Origin: Dehalococcoidia bacterium
GTDB taxonomy: Bacteria; Chloroflexota; Dehalococcoidia; Plut-88900
Assembly (NCBI GenBank): GCA_965249275.1
Contig: CBDFLQ010000007.1
Span: 320,001 to 384,000 of the forward strand
Length of the DNA stretch: 64,000 nucleotides
Direction of reading: 5' to 3'
In this document: piece after piece, positions 39,504 to 49,629 of the stretch
How positions within the stretch are numbered: the stretch's first letter is position 1
How the letters are laid out: each line of letters opens with the position of its first letter
The notes under the pieces: generated by a model
Database searches by the model: none
Seen by the model: the letters and a program-made list of their open reading frames with translations, nothing else
Told to the model about the DNA's origin: nothing
Program-made: the position numbers and the translations under genes

Positions 39504-40886
39504 ATGAAGATACTCAGTAACCATTTGGGCAAGGGTTTGACCCTGCGCAAGGGCTTTATGGCCCTCTTCGCAGTCCTGGCCCTTGCCCTACTTATCGCTG
39601 CAGCTTGCGGAGAGGCCGCAACGGCAACGCCGGAAGCAATGCCGGATGAACCCACGGCTATGGCGGATGAGCCCACGGCCATGGCAGATGAACCTACCGC
39701 CATGGCAGATGAGCCCACAGCCATGGCAGATGAACCTACCGCTATGCCTGTGCCCACTGCCATGACGGAAGCTGGCATGAGGCTGAGGTCCGAGTGGACC
39801 GTCGACAACCCCGCCACCCGTGAAGAGATCGAAGCTGAGCTCCAAAAGTACCGCGGCCAGAGCCTCGTGTTCGCCTCCTGGGGCGGCGCCTACCAGGCAG
39901 CCCAGCGTCAGGCATATGCCGTACCCTTTGCCGAGCAGTTCGGCATTGACATCATCGACGACTCCCAGCCCACCCTCGGTAACGTCCGAGCCAGGTCCCA
40001 GTCCGGCAACGTCACCTGGCACCTGTTCGACACCGGCACCGGCTCCATCTACCAGTTGTCCAACACAGGCGACCTGGAAGAGCTGGACTTTAGCATTATC
40101 GACAACCGGGACTTCCTGGAAGTCGTAAAGTCCCCCTACATCGGTGGCGGCGGCATCACCTGGTCAGAGGTCTGGGCCTACAACACCGACATATTCCCCG
40201 AAGATAATCAGCCTCACACAATGGTCGACATTTACGACACCGAGAAGTTCCCCGGCCGTCGCGCCTGGGCCTACTACCCGGACCACGAGTTGGTCTTCTT
40301 CCTCTTGTCCGAGAACCCGGAACTCCTTGACACTGCCGAAGGCCGCGCCAGCCTCTCCGCCCTCACGGACGAGCAGGTTGATCGAGCCTTCGAACTGGCC
40401 GAAGAGTACAAAGACCAGGTCGATTGGTTCTGGCAGACGGGCTCCGACTGCCCACAGAACCTGGTCAGCGGCGAAATGGACCTCTGCACCGCCTGGAACG
40501 GCCGCATCTTCGATGCCGCCAAGGAAGGCGAATCCATAAGAGTGTGCTGGGAGTGCGGCCACGTCCTAAACACCGGCGTCTTCGGCATAATCAGCGGACT
40601 TAAGGAGCAGGACCCGGAGGCCTTCGAACTGGCCCATCTCTACATGGCCTGGACTTCCTTCCCCGAAATCAACGCCCGGATGTCCCAGTTCATCACCTAC
40701 GGACCTGTTAACACCAAGTCCCTGCCTTTCCTCAGCGAGCCCGAATACGATGCAGTGAGGGACGAGCTTCCTTCCTCCATCACCAACGTTCCCTACGCCA
40801 TCTTCAAAGACGAAGTCCACGTAGGTGAGCGCGCCGACATCTGGCGCGAGCGCTGGATTGAGTTCCAGCAGACTTTTGAGAACTAG
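39504..40886 (+). CDS. PotD-like ABC extracellular solute-binding lipoprotein, copy 1
   Basis: Lipobox LIAAACG; (ADEPTAM)n linker; SWGGAYQ, FPGRR, WNGRI. Confidence 0.88.
   Translation: MKILSNHLGKGLTLRKGFMALFAVLALALLIAAACGEAATATPEAMPDEPTAMADEPTAMADEPTAMADEPTAMADEPTAMPVPTAMTEAGMRLRSEWTVDNPATREEIEAELQKYRGQSLVFASWGGAYQAAQRQAYAVPFAEQFGIDIIDDSQPTLGNVRARSQSGNVTWHLFDTGTGSIYQLSNTGDLEELDFSIIDNRDFLEVVKSPYIGGGGITWSEVWAYNTDIFPEDNQPHTMVDIYDTEKFPGRRAWAYYPDHELVFFLLSENPELLDTAEGRASLSALTDEQVDRAFELAEEYKDQVDWFWQTGSDCPQNLVSGEMDLCTAWNGRIFDAAKEGESIRVCWECGHVLNTGVFGIISGLKEQDPEAFELAHLYMAWTSFPEINARMSQFITYGPVNTKSLPFLSEPEYDAVRDELPSSITNVPYAIFKDEVHVGERADIWRERWIEFQQTFEN
39640..39765 (+). repeat. 21-bp coding tandem repeat (ADEPTAM) x about 5
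   Basis: GATGA(A/G)CC.AC.GC.ATG repeated at 21-bp period. Confidence 0.9.
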
Positions 40887-40987
40887 CGTTTCCTGATACT
40901 GAATACATAGGCGCCCTCCGAAAGGCCCAACCCCTTTGGAGGGCGCCAAACCAGTGCCCCCCGTAGTTCTAGAGAAAGGGAGCAAAA

Positions 40988-42373
40988 ATGAAGAAAATCG
41001 GCAAATATCCGGGCAAGGGCTTGACCCTGCGCAAGGGCTTTATGGCCCTCTTCGCAGTCCTGGCGCTCGCCCTACTTATCGCTGCAGCTTGTGGCGAGGC
41101 CGCAACGGCAACGCCTGAAGCAATGCCGGATGAGCCCACCCCTACGGCGATGACGGAAGAGGAGCCGGATGACGCAATGCCGGAACCCACTGCCGTGATG
41201 GACGATGAGGAGCCGGATGATGCAATGCCGGAACCCACTCCTACAGCTATGATGGAAGAAACTGGCATGAGGTTGAGGTCCGAGTGGACCGTAGAAAACC
41301 CCGCCACCCGGGAAGAGATTGAAGCCGAGCTAGCGAAGTACCGCGGCAGGAGCATCGTGTTCAGCTCCTGGGGCGGCGCCTACCAGTCCGCACAGCGCCA
41401 GGCATACGGCGTACCCTTTGCCGAACAGTTCGGTATTGAGATCATCGATGACAGTCAGCCCACCGTCGGCAGGGTCCGGGCCATGCAGGAGTCAGGCAAC
41501 GTTGCATGGCACGTCTTCGACACCGGCGGCGGCTCCATCCATGCCCTGGCCAATGGCGGCTCCCTCGAAGAGCTGGACTTCAGCATCATTGACACCCGGG
41601 ACTTCCTGGAAGTCCTTAAAGCTCCCTACATCGGTGGTGGCGGCATCACCTGGTCCGAGACCTGGGCCTACAACACAGACATCTACCCAGAGGGCTCCCA
41701 ACCCCAGAACATGGCTGACATCTACGACACCGAGAAATTCCCGGGACGCCGTTCCTGGAGCCAGTTCCCGGACGCTGAGATAGTTTTCGCCCTGCTGTCT
41801 GAAAATCCTGACCTCATAAACAGCGCCGAGGGCAGAGCCAGTCTCTCAGCGCCCAACGAAGAGCAAGTAGACCGCGCCTTCGAGCTTTTTGAAGAGTACC
41901 GGGACCAGCCAAACATCTTCTGGACCACAGGGTCCGACTGCCCGCAGTTCCTTCTCAGCGGCGAAGCCGACCTGTGCACCAACTGGAACGGACGCATCTA
42001 CGACGCCGCCAAGGAAGGCGCACCTCTAAAGATCTGCTGGGAATGCGGACATGTCCTGAACACCGACGGTTGGGGCATCATCAAGGGCCTCAAGGAGCAG
42101 GACCCCGAGACCTTCGAGCTAACACAGCTGTACATGGCCTGGACCTCCTTCCCGGAGATCAACTCCCGGATGGCCCAGTTCATCACGTACGGCCCCGTCA
42201 ACACCAAGGCGTTGGCAGCCCTGTCTGACCCCATCTACGATGAAGTCAGAGACGAGCTTCCTTCCTCGCCCACCAACATCCCATACGCCGTTATCAACAA
42301 TGAAGTGCACCGGGCCGCAAACCTGGACGCTTGGCGTGAGAGATACGAGGCTTGGAAAGGCACACTGAATTAG
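40988..42373 (+). CDS. PotD-like solute-binding lipoprotein, copy 2
   Basis: Same motifs; signal peptide nearly identical to copy 1. Confidence 0.88.
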   Translation: MKKIGKYPGKGLTLRKGFMALFAVLALALLIAAACGEAATATPEAMPDEPTPTAMTEEEPDDAMPEPTAVMDDEEPDDAMPEPTPTAMMEETGMRLRSEWTVENPATREEIEAELAKYRGRSIVFSSWGGAYQSAQRQAYGVPFAEQFGIEIIDDSQPTVGRVRAMQESGNVAWHVFDTGGGSIHALANGGSLEELDFSIIDTRDFLEVLKAPYIGGGGITWSETWAYNTDIYPEGSQPQNMADIYDTEKFPGRRSWSQFPDAEIVFALLSENPDLINSAEGRASLSAPNEEQVDRAFELFEEYRDQPNIFWTTGSDCPQFLLSGEADLCTNWNGRIYDAAKEGAPLKICWECGHVLNTDGWGIIKGLKEQDPETFELTQLYMAWTSFPEINSRMAQFITYGPVNTKALAALSDPIYDEVRDELPSSPTNIPYAVINNEVHRAANLDAWRERYEAWKGTLN

Positions 42374-42389
42374 TCTAGTTTGACATTGC

Positions 42390-42440
42390 AGGCGCCCCCC
42401 GACAGGACTCCAAGCCTACGGGGGGCGCCTCTTTTTTGTT
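42390..42440 (+). terminator. Rho-independent terminator (second copy at 44219-44270)
   Basis: AGGCGCCCCCCG...CGGGGGGCGCCT followed by T tract. Confidence 0.8.
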
Positions 42441-42530
42441 TCTATGGCCCAGAAGAAAGGAGGAATTTGCCCCTGGAAGTTTTGTAACCAATAGTAAATT
42501 GTTTGTTGAATTAGAGGGAGGAGAGGATCC

Positions 42531-43922
42531 ATGAAGATTTATGAAAAGCGTCTCCGCAGAGGCTCGATCTCTGGGAGGCGCTTATTTGTACTTTTTACAG
42601 TGTTCACCCTTGCCCTGCTTATCGCAGCCGCCTGTGGCGAAGCCGCAACGGCAACGCCTGAAGCAATGCCGGATGAACCCACCCCCACGGCGATGATGGA
42701 AGAGGAGCCGGATGACGCAATGCCGGAACCCACGGCCGTGATGGAGGATGAGGAGCCAGATGATGCAATGCCGGAACCCACCGCAACTGCGGAAGCGATG
42801 GAAGAAACTGGCATCAGACCGAGGTCCGAGTGGACAGTCGATAACCCGGCCACCCGCGAGGAAATCTAAGCTGAGCTCCAAAAATATCGTGGTAGGAGCC
42901 TCGTGTTCAGTTCCTGGGGCGGCGCCTACCAGTCGGCCCAGCGCCAGGCCTACCTCATTCCCTTCAATGACCAGTTCGGCATTGAGGTCATCGAAGATAG
43001 CACTCCGCTCCTCGGCAGGGTCCGGGCCATGCAGGCGTCGGGCAACATCGCCTGGCACGTATTTGACCAAGGTACGGGTACAATACACAATCTCGGGAGG
43101 AACGGCTCCCTGGAAGACCTGGACTTCAGCGTAATTGACAACCGGGACTTCCTGGAAGTACTGAAGGCTCCCTACACCGCTGGTGGTGGCATCACCTGGT
43201 CCGAGACCTGGGCCTACAACTCCGATGTATACCCCGAGGGTAACCGGCCGACAATTATGTCCGACTTCTACGACACCGAGAAGTTTCCCGGCCGACGTGC
43301 CTGGGCCTACTACCCTCACCTCGAGATGAAGTTCGTGATTCTTGCTCAGAACCCAGAATTGCTCAACACATCCGAGGGTAGGGCCAGTCTGTCTGCTCTT
43401 AATCCCGAACAGGTGGACCGTGCATTCGAGCTCTTTGACGAATACGCGGACCAGATCGACCTGATATGGCAGACCGGCTCCGATTGCCCTCAGCTCCTGA
43501 TAAGCGGCGATCTGGACATGTGCACCAATTGGAATGGCCGCATCTTCGATGCCGTCAGGGAAGGTGCACCCATCAATATCTGCTGGGAGTGCGGTCACCT
43601 CCTCAACACCGACGGGTGGGGCATCATCAAGGGCCTGAAAGATCAGGACCCCGAGGCCTTCGAGTTGGCCCAGCTGTTCATGGCCTGGACTTCCTTACCG
43701 GAAATTAACGCTCGCATCTCTCAGTTCATCACCTACGGGCCGATAAACATCAAGTCTTTGTCTGCTCTTGACGCCCCTGAGTACGACGAAGTCAGGGATG
43801 AGCTTCCGTCATCTTCGGCCAACATCCCCTTCGCCATCCTAAATGACGAAGAGCATGCCGCTATCCATGATGACGAATGGCGGGAAAGGTACGCGGGGTT
43901 CATACAGACCTTGGGTCAGTAG
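42531..43922 (+). pseudogene. PotD-like solute-binding lipoprotein copy 3 with one in-frame stop
   Basis: ATC-TAA-GCT at 42867-42869 where paralogs have ATC/ATT-GAA-GC; frame otherwise intact. Confidence 0.85.
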
Positions 43923-43923
43923 T

Positions 43924-44360
43924 CCGGCGTAACATACGCTCACTATGTCCTAAAACGGCTAACTAGGGGGCGCACCGGCAGTGCCGGTGCGCCCTCTCAG
44001 TTTGTAGGGTGCACTCCCCGTATCAGCGAAATACCCGGAAGAACTCCCGCATGTCCTTAGCCAACGCCTGAGGCTCTTCCATAGCCGCAAAGTGCCCACC
44101 TCGACAATTCCATACGCCATTATCAACAATGAAGTGCACCGGGCCGCAAACCTGGACGCTTGGCGTGAGAGATACGAGGCTTGGAAAGGCACCCTTCATT
44201 AGCCTGGTTTGACATTACAGGCGCCCCCCGTCAGTATTCCAAGCTTACGGGGGGCGCCTCTGTTTTTGTTTCTATGATCTTGAGGAAAGGGGAAATTTGC
44301 CGCTGGTATTTTGGTAACCAATAGAAAATTGCTTGTGCAATTAGAGTGAGGAGAGGAACT
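43924..44360. repeat. Tandem-duplication scar: epoxide hydrolase 3' relic joined to SBP2 3' relic
   Basis: 43924-44103 resembles 45751-45930; 44110-44360 resembles 42281-42530. Confidence 0.9.
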
Positions 44361-45749
44361 ATGAAGATCTATGAAAAGCGTCTCGGCAGAGGCTTAATCT
44401 CTGGGAGGCGCTTCTTTGTACTATTGACACTCCTAGCCCTTGCCCTGTTAATCGCGGCCGCTTGTGGCGAGGCCGCAACAGCGACTCCGGAAGCAATGCC
44501 GGAAGAGCCCACGCCTACGGCGATGATGGAAGAGGAGTCAGATGAGGCGATGCCGGAGCCTACGGCGATGATGGAAGACGAGGAGCCGGATGAGGCGATG
44601 CCGGAACCCACGCCCACTGCGATGATGGAGGAAACTGGCATCAGGCCCAAGTCCGAGTGGACCGAAGAAAACCCGGCCACCAAGGAAGAAATCGAAGCTG
44701 AGCTTCAAAAATACCGAGGCAGTAGCATCGTCTTCAGTTCCTGGGGAGGCGCATATCAGGCTGCTCAGCGCAGGGCCTACGCCATTCCCTTCACCGAACA
44801 GTTCGGAATCGAGATCATCGATGACAACCAGCCCGAGCTTGCAAAGGTCCGGGCCATGGCTGAAACCGGCAACATAACCTGGCACGTCTTCGACACCGGT
44901 GCAGGTTCTCTGCACAACCTCGGAAAGACCGGTGACCTGGAGAACCTTGACTTCAGCGTCATCGATACCCGGGACTTCCTCGAAGTCCTCAAAGCGCCCT
45001 ACATTGGCGGCGGGGGCGTTACCTGGGGTGAGACCTGGGCCTACAATAGTGATAGTTTCCCCGAAGGCCAACAGCCCACTTCCATGGCCGATATCTACGA
45101 CCCCGAGGCTTTCCCCGGACGCAGGGGCTGGGCTTACTATCCCGACGCTGAGCTGATGTTTGTTCTGATATCGGAGAACCCCGACCTGATAAATACCCAG
45201 GAAGGTAGAGCCAGCTTGGCAGCCTTGACGCCCGAACAGGTAGACCGCGCCTTCGAACTCTTCGAAGAATACAGTGATCAGATCTCCCTGATCTGGCAAA
45301 CCGGCTCCGACTGTCCCCAGCTCCTCATCAGCGGCGAGCTTGACATGTGCACCAACTGGAATGGCCGAATCTTCGACGCCGCAAAGGAAGAAGCTCCCCT
45401 AAAGATATGCTGGGAGTGTGGTCACGTCATCAATACCGAATCGTTTGCCATCATCAAGGGCTTGAGGGATCAGGAGCCGGAGGTTTTCGAACTGGCTCAG
45501 CTGTTTATAGCCTGGACATCCTTCCCGGAAATCAACGCACGCATGTCCCAGTTCATAAGCTATGGACCCATTAACATCAAGTCTCTCGATTACCTAAGCG
45601 CCCCTGAATATGATGCAGTCAGGAATGAGCTTCCTTCCTCTGCTTCGAACATTCCCTACGCCATTTTTAAGGACGCAGAGCACGTAGCGGCCAACCAGGA
45701 TGCCTGGCTGGAGAGGTACGCGGAGTTCACACAGAGCTTGGCCCAGTAA
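44361..45749 (+). CDS. PotD-like solute-binding lipoprotein, copy 4
   Basis: Same motifs; signal peptide closest to copy 3. Confidence 0.88.
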   Translation: MKIYEKRLGRGLISGRRFFVLLTLLALALLIAAACGEAATATPEAMPEEPTPTAMMEEESDEAMPEPTAMMEDEEPDEAMPEPTPTAMMEETGIRPKSEWTEENPATKEEIEAELQKYRGSSIVFSSWGGAYQAAQRRAYAIPFTEQFGIEIIDDNQPELAKVRAMAETGNITWHVFDTGAGSLHNLGKTGDLENLDFSVIDTRDFLEVLKAPYIGGGGVTWGETWAYNSDSFPEGQQPTSMADIYDPEAFPGRRGWAYYPDAELMFVLISENPDLINTQEGRASLAALTPEQVDRAFELFEEYSDQISLIWQTGSDCPQLLISGELDMCTNWNGRIFDAAKEEAPLKICWECGHVINTESFAIIKGLRDQEPEVFELAQLFIAWTSFPEINARMSQFISYGPINIKSLDYLSAPEYDAVRNELPSSASNIPYAIFKDAEHVAANQDAWLERYAEFTQSLAQ

Positions 45750-45849
45750 CCCGGCGTAACATACGCCCACTAGGTCCTAAAACGGCTAACTAGAGGGCGC
45801 ACCGGCAGTGCCGGTGCGCCCTCTCAGTTTGTAGGGTGCACTACCCGTA

Positions 45850-46998
45850 TCAGCGAAATCCCCGGAAGAACTCCCGCATGTCCGCAGCTAGCGCATGAGG
45901 CTCCTCCATAGCCGCAAAGTGACCCCCCCTGGGGAACTCCGTCCACCTCTGCACGTTATACGTCCGCTCCGCCCACTCCCTCACCGGACGGTCCAGCTCC
46001 TCCGGGAACACCGCCACGGCCGTCGGAACCCTTATCGCCTCTCCCTGACTAAGGCGCCACCTGTCCTTCCGGGTCTCGTAATATATCCGCGCCGAACTGT
46101 TAATCGTCTCGGTGACCCAGTACAACGTTACGTTTGTCAGTATCTGGTCCTTGGTGTAGACGCTTTCGATGTCCCCGCCGCAATCGCTCCAGGAGCGCCA
46201 CTTCTCTACTATCCAAGCCGCCAGCCCCGCAGGGGAGTCGTTAAGTCCATAGGCCAGGGTCTGAGGTTTTGTCCCCTGTATGTGTCCATACGCACCCTCG
46301 TCCCTCTCCCATTGCTCGATCTCTCGGAGATATTGCTTTTCTGCATCAGACAGAGGCCGGGACCCGGGCCCCAGATAAGGGCTGCCGCCGAGAATCATGT
46401 TGATATGGATAGCCTTCACCTTATCCGAGTGGCTGAACCCCAGTCTCGATGATATCGATGCTCCCCAGTCTCCTCCCTGTGCCACATAGCTTTCGTAGCC
46501 GATCTGGCTCATCAGCTTTGCAAACACGTCGGCCATGCCGTTTACGCCCATCCCGGGAACCGACGGCTTCTCCGAAAATCCGTACCCCGGCAGCGAGGGC
46601 GCCACCACGTCGAACGAGTCCCTTTCGTCGCCGCCGTGGGCCGCGGGGTCGGTTAACAAGGGTATGAAGTCCAGAAACTCGACTATCGACCCCGGCCACC
46701 CGTGGATCAACAGCAGGGGTAGTGGGTCCGGCCCTTTGCCCCGTTCGTGGATGTAGTGCACGTCCAACCCATCCACCTGGTCAACGTATTGGGAATAGCC
46801 GTTGATCACCTCTTCCTGCTTCCGCCAGTCGAACTCCTCTATCCAGTAGTCCACTAGCTCCTTAACGTATGCCAGGTTTGACCCGTAGTCCCACCCAGAC
46901 CCCGGGATCTCGTCCGGCCAGCGCGTCCTCTTCAGCCGCTCACGCAGATCTGTCAGAACATCTTCCTTTATGTCGACTCTAAACGGCCTAATAGCCAT
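45850..46998 (-). CDS. Epoxide hydrolase (EHN + alpha/beta hydrolase)
   Basis: RTRWPD, HGWPGS, QGGDWG, GGHFAAMEEP. Confidence 0.92.
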   Translation of the reverse strand: MAIRPFRVDIKEDVLTDLRERLKRTRWPDEIPGSGWDYGSNLAYVKELVDYWIEEFDWRKQEEVINGYSQYVDQVDGLDVHYIHERGKGPDPLPLLLIHGWPGSIVEFLDFIPLLTDPAAHGGDERDSFDVVAPSLPGYGFSEKPSVPGMGVNGMADVFAKLMSQIGYESYVAQGGDWGASISSRLGFSHSDKVKAIHINMILGGSPYLGPGSRPLSDAEKQYLREIEQWERDEGAYGHIQGTKPQTLAYGLNDSPAGLAAWIVEKWRSWSDCGGDIESVYTKDQILTNVTLYWVTETINSSARIYYETRKDRWRLSQGEAIRVPTAVAVFPEELDRPVREWAERTYNVQRWTEFPRGGHFAAMEEPHALAADMREFFRGFR

Positions 46999-47033
46999 GA
47001 TCATCCTCCGGAGTTTGCGTTGCCAGCATTTCT

Positions 47034-47231
47034 TCACTCATCACAGTTGGATTCGAGGGCCACTATCGTATCCACAAGCCTACCCGCCCATTCCCTCATC
47101 TCCTCTTCGATGTCCGCTCCGCAGTGGGCACAGTCCAGGTCCCCGAATCGGAGGTTTATGCCGCAATCTCGGCACTCGGGTCTCTCGGACAATATTCTGA
47201 AAACTGTCTGAATCTGGGTCTCGGTAGCCAT
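47034..47231 (-). CDS. Small zinc-ribbon protein (65 aa)
   Basis: GAGGAG RBS; CRDC...CAHC; co-oriented directly upstream of epoxide hydrolase. Confidence 0.6.
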   Translation of the reverse strand: MATETQIQTVFRILSERPECRDCGINLRFGDLDCAHCGADIEEEMREWAGRLVDTIVALESNCDE

Positions 47232-47415
47232 TTCTCCTCACTGCAGTCGTTAGTCAAGTCTGATGTCGGATGATTATCTTATACAACGCTCTCCGTCATT
47301 GGGCCCTTGCCCCCAATGCCAGTGCAACGGGCGTCCCTTTTGATGATATGATATCAAGTAACCAATTCTCATTCCGCCCCACCTGCTTCTCCCCAAGGAT
47401 TTTCACAAGCCAACT

Positions 47416-49158
47416 ATGCTCATCGCCCTTCAAAGGCTCTTGTCCCGTGACCGGTCCATAAACGGAAAAACGGACAAAAGACTACTCCTCTTCAAGATCC
47501 GTCAGCAGGGCATTTACCCCGCCCTGGCCCTTCCCGCACTGCTTCTAATGGTCCTCTTCTTCATCATCCCACTGGTCAGAATGGTGGACGTCAGCTTCGG
47601 TGGGAATGACGGCTTCTCCCTCGCCTACTACGACAAGGCCCTCACTAACCCCATCTACCAGAGGATGTTCCGCACCACCTTCGAACTGGCTGCTTTTACC
47701 ACTGTCGGTTGCATCGCTCTCGGCTACCCCATCGCCTATTTTCTTGCCACCCGCACGGGCCGTTGGCACAGCGTAGTTCTCTTAATAGCCATAATCCCAT
47801 TCATTACTAACTCCATTGCCAGCGTCTACTCGTGGCGCGTGATATTCGGCAGACGCGGTCCCGTAAACGAGTTCTTGCAGCTCATCGGAGTAATAGATGG
47901 ACCACTTGAAATACTCTGGAGCCGTTTCGCAGTAGAAGTCGGCATGATTCAGATTCTCCTTCCCTTCATGATTCTCCCACTCTACGCCGTCATGCGAAGT
48001 ATCCCCAAGAGCCTTACAGCCGTCGCCGAAAGTATGGGCGCCCATCCGCTAAAGAGTTTCCGGCACATATTCCTTCCCCTGAGCCTTCCGGGAATCTGGG
48101 CCGGGTCCATTCTTGTATTCATACTCAGCGCGGGCAGCGCCATCGCCCCGAGCATCCTGGGCGGCATCCGGGACCAGGGCATCGCTTCCTATCTGGCCGG
48201 AACCAGCGGATTCAGCGCCGCTCTCGCCGTGATCCTCCTTACCGCTATACTCATCCTGTACATGATATTCGCCCGGCTGGTCGGATTCGGCTCCCTATAT
48301 GGCGCCGGTGAGGCCCTCCTCCGCTCCTCTCCCATCGAGATCTCCTACCGCGCACCCCGGCGCATTTCTTTGAATGTCATGGTCGGGGCAGTTTGCATTT
48401 TTCTGGTCCTGCCAAGCCTCATAGTCATTCCCCTCGCCTTCAATGAGTCTTCATTCGTCATTTTCCCTCCCAAGTCCTATAGTTTGGTCTGGATCAAGAC
48501 CTTCTTCACTACCAGCGTAATCAGCCCCGTCAACTGGGTGGAGTCTACCTTCACCAGCCTCCAACTTGCCTTTATCACAGTCTTGGTCTCCGTGCCCGCC
48601 GGAGGCCTGGTCGCCTACGGAATAGCACGAGGCTCCTTCCCGGGCCGCGGCTTTCTTGGTTCCTTTATCATCCTGCCCCTTATAATCCCCTCGACCCTCA
48701 CTGCAATCGCTCTTTTCTACTTCTACTCCTTCCACATGCGGATACTTGTCGGCACCGTCATTGGCATAGCCATGCCCCACGCCGTTCTGGCAATACCCTA
48801 TGTAGTCATCATCCTTACTGCCACCCTCCGAGGCGTCGACGAGGTCCACGAGCATGCTGCCATGAGCCTCGGCGCTAATCGATTCACCGCTTTCCGGAGG
48901 GTTATCCTGCCCCAGATAGTGCCCGGCATTACCGTTGCCACCTTTTTCGCATTCATGGTCTCCTTCTACGAGGTGCCAATAGCCGTGTTCCTCAAGGACC
49001 CGTTCCTCAGGACCCTTCCCATGAATTTGTGGAACGGCGTAACCGTGGAATTCGCCCCTATGATGGCCGCCGTATCCTTCATTCTCCTGATTTTCGCTGC
49101 TTTCATGCTTATAGGCTTGGTCTTTTTCAGAAGTCGACTGTTTAAGCAACGCACCTAG
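47416..49158 (+). CDS. Fused PotB-PotC type ABC permease
   Basis: Two BPD_transp_1 halves with EAA-like loops (VAESMGA, HAAMSLGA); about 12 TM. Confidence 0.9.
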   Translation: MLIALQRLLSRDRSINGKTDKRLLLFKIRQQGIYPALALPALLLMVLFFIIPLVRMVDVSFGGNDGFSLAYYDKALTNPIYQRMFRTTFELAAFTTVGCIALGYPIAYFLATRTGRWHSVVLLIAIIPFITNSIASVYSWRVIFGRRGPVNEFLQLIGVIDGPLEILWSRFAVEVGMIQILLPFMILPLYAVMRSIPKSLTAVAESMGAHPLKSFRHIFLPLSLPGIWAGSILVFILSAGSAIAPSILGGIRDQGIASYLAGTSGFSAALAVILLTAILILYMIFARLVGFGSLYGAGEALLRSSPIEISYRAPRRISLNVMVGAVCIFLVLPSLIVIPLAFNESSFVIFPPKSYSLVWIKTFFTTSVISPVNWVESTFTSLQLAFITVLVSVPAGGLVAYGIARGSFPGRGFLGSFIILPLIIPSTLTAIALFYFYSFHMRILVGTVIGIAMPHAVLAIPYVVIILTATLRGVDEVHEHAAMSLGANRFTAFRRVILPQIVPGITVATFFAFMVSFYEVPIAVFLKDPFLRTLPMNLWNGVTVEFAPMMAAVSFILLIFAAFMLIGLVFFRSRLFKQRT

Positions 49159-49192
49159 GACCGCTGGTGTCAGGATATTTCGGGAGGATCAT

Positions 49193-49609
49193 ATGGACTA
49201 CAACGACGCCCTAGCCTTTCTATCATCCAACTTCGACGCCGTCGTCAACACCTTCAGAAGGTCCGGCGCCATCCAGTCCAGTGTGGTAAAGGCCGGGGCC
49301 TATCAAAACGGTGTCGTCTTCGTTGCCATCGGCAACTCGGCAAAGCTGAAAAACCTCGCCCGAGACCCCCGCTGCACCGTAACCGTTGTTAGCCCCCACT
49401 GGGACAGATGGTGTGCCGTCGAAGGCAAGGTGGTGATTCGGGATTGGGACAACACGGACCACGAAGCCCTGCGCATCGAACTCCGCGAGACATTCGTAGC
49501 CTGCGGGGGCGACCACGATGACTGGGATGAGTACGACCGTGTGATGCGGGAAGATCGCCGAGCCATCGTCGTGGTTCAGCCCGACCACATCTATGGACAG
49601 GGAGTTTAG
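49193..49609 (+). CDS. PPOX-class, probably F420-dependent, oxidoreductase
   Basis: TFRRSG, AKLKNLARDPR, DWDEYDRVMREDRR. Confidence 0.85.
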   Translation: MDYNDALAFLSSNFDAVVNTFRRSGAIQSSVVKAGAYQNGVVFVAIGNSAKLKNLARDPRCTVTVVSPHWDRWCAVEGKVVIRDWDNTDHEALRIELRETFVACGGDHDDWDEYDRVMREDRRAIVVVQPDHIYGQGV

Positions 49610-49629
49610 TAAGGCAGGGCCAGCTGGGT

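Noticed and set aside
42867-42869. Selenocysteine or pyrrolysine recoding in SBP3
   Set aside because: The stop is TAA at a Glu position, not TGA or TAG.
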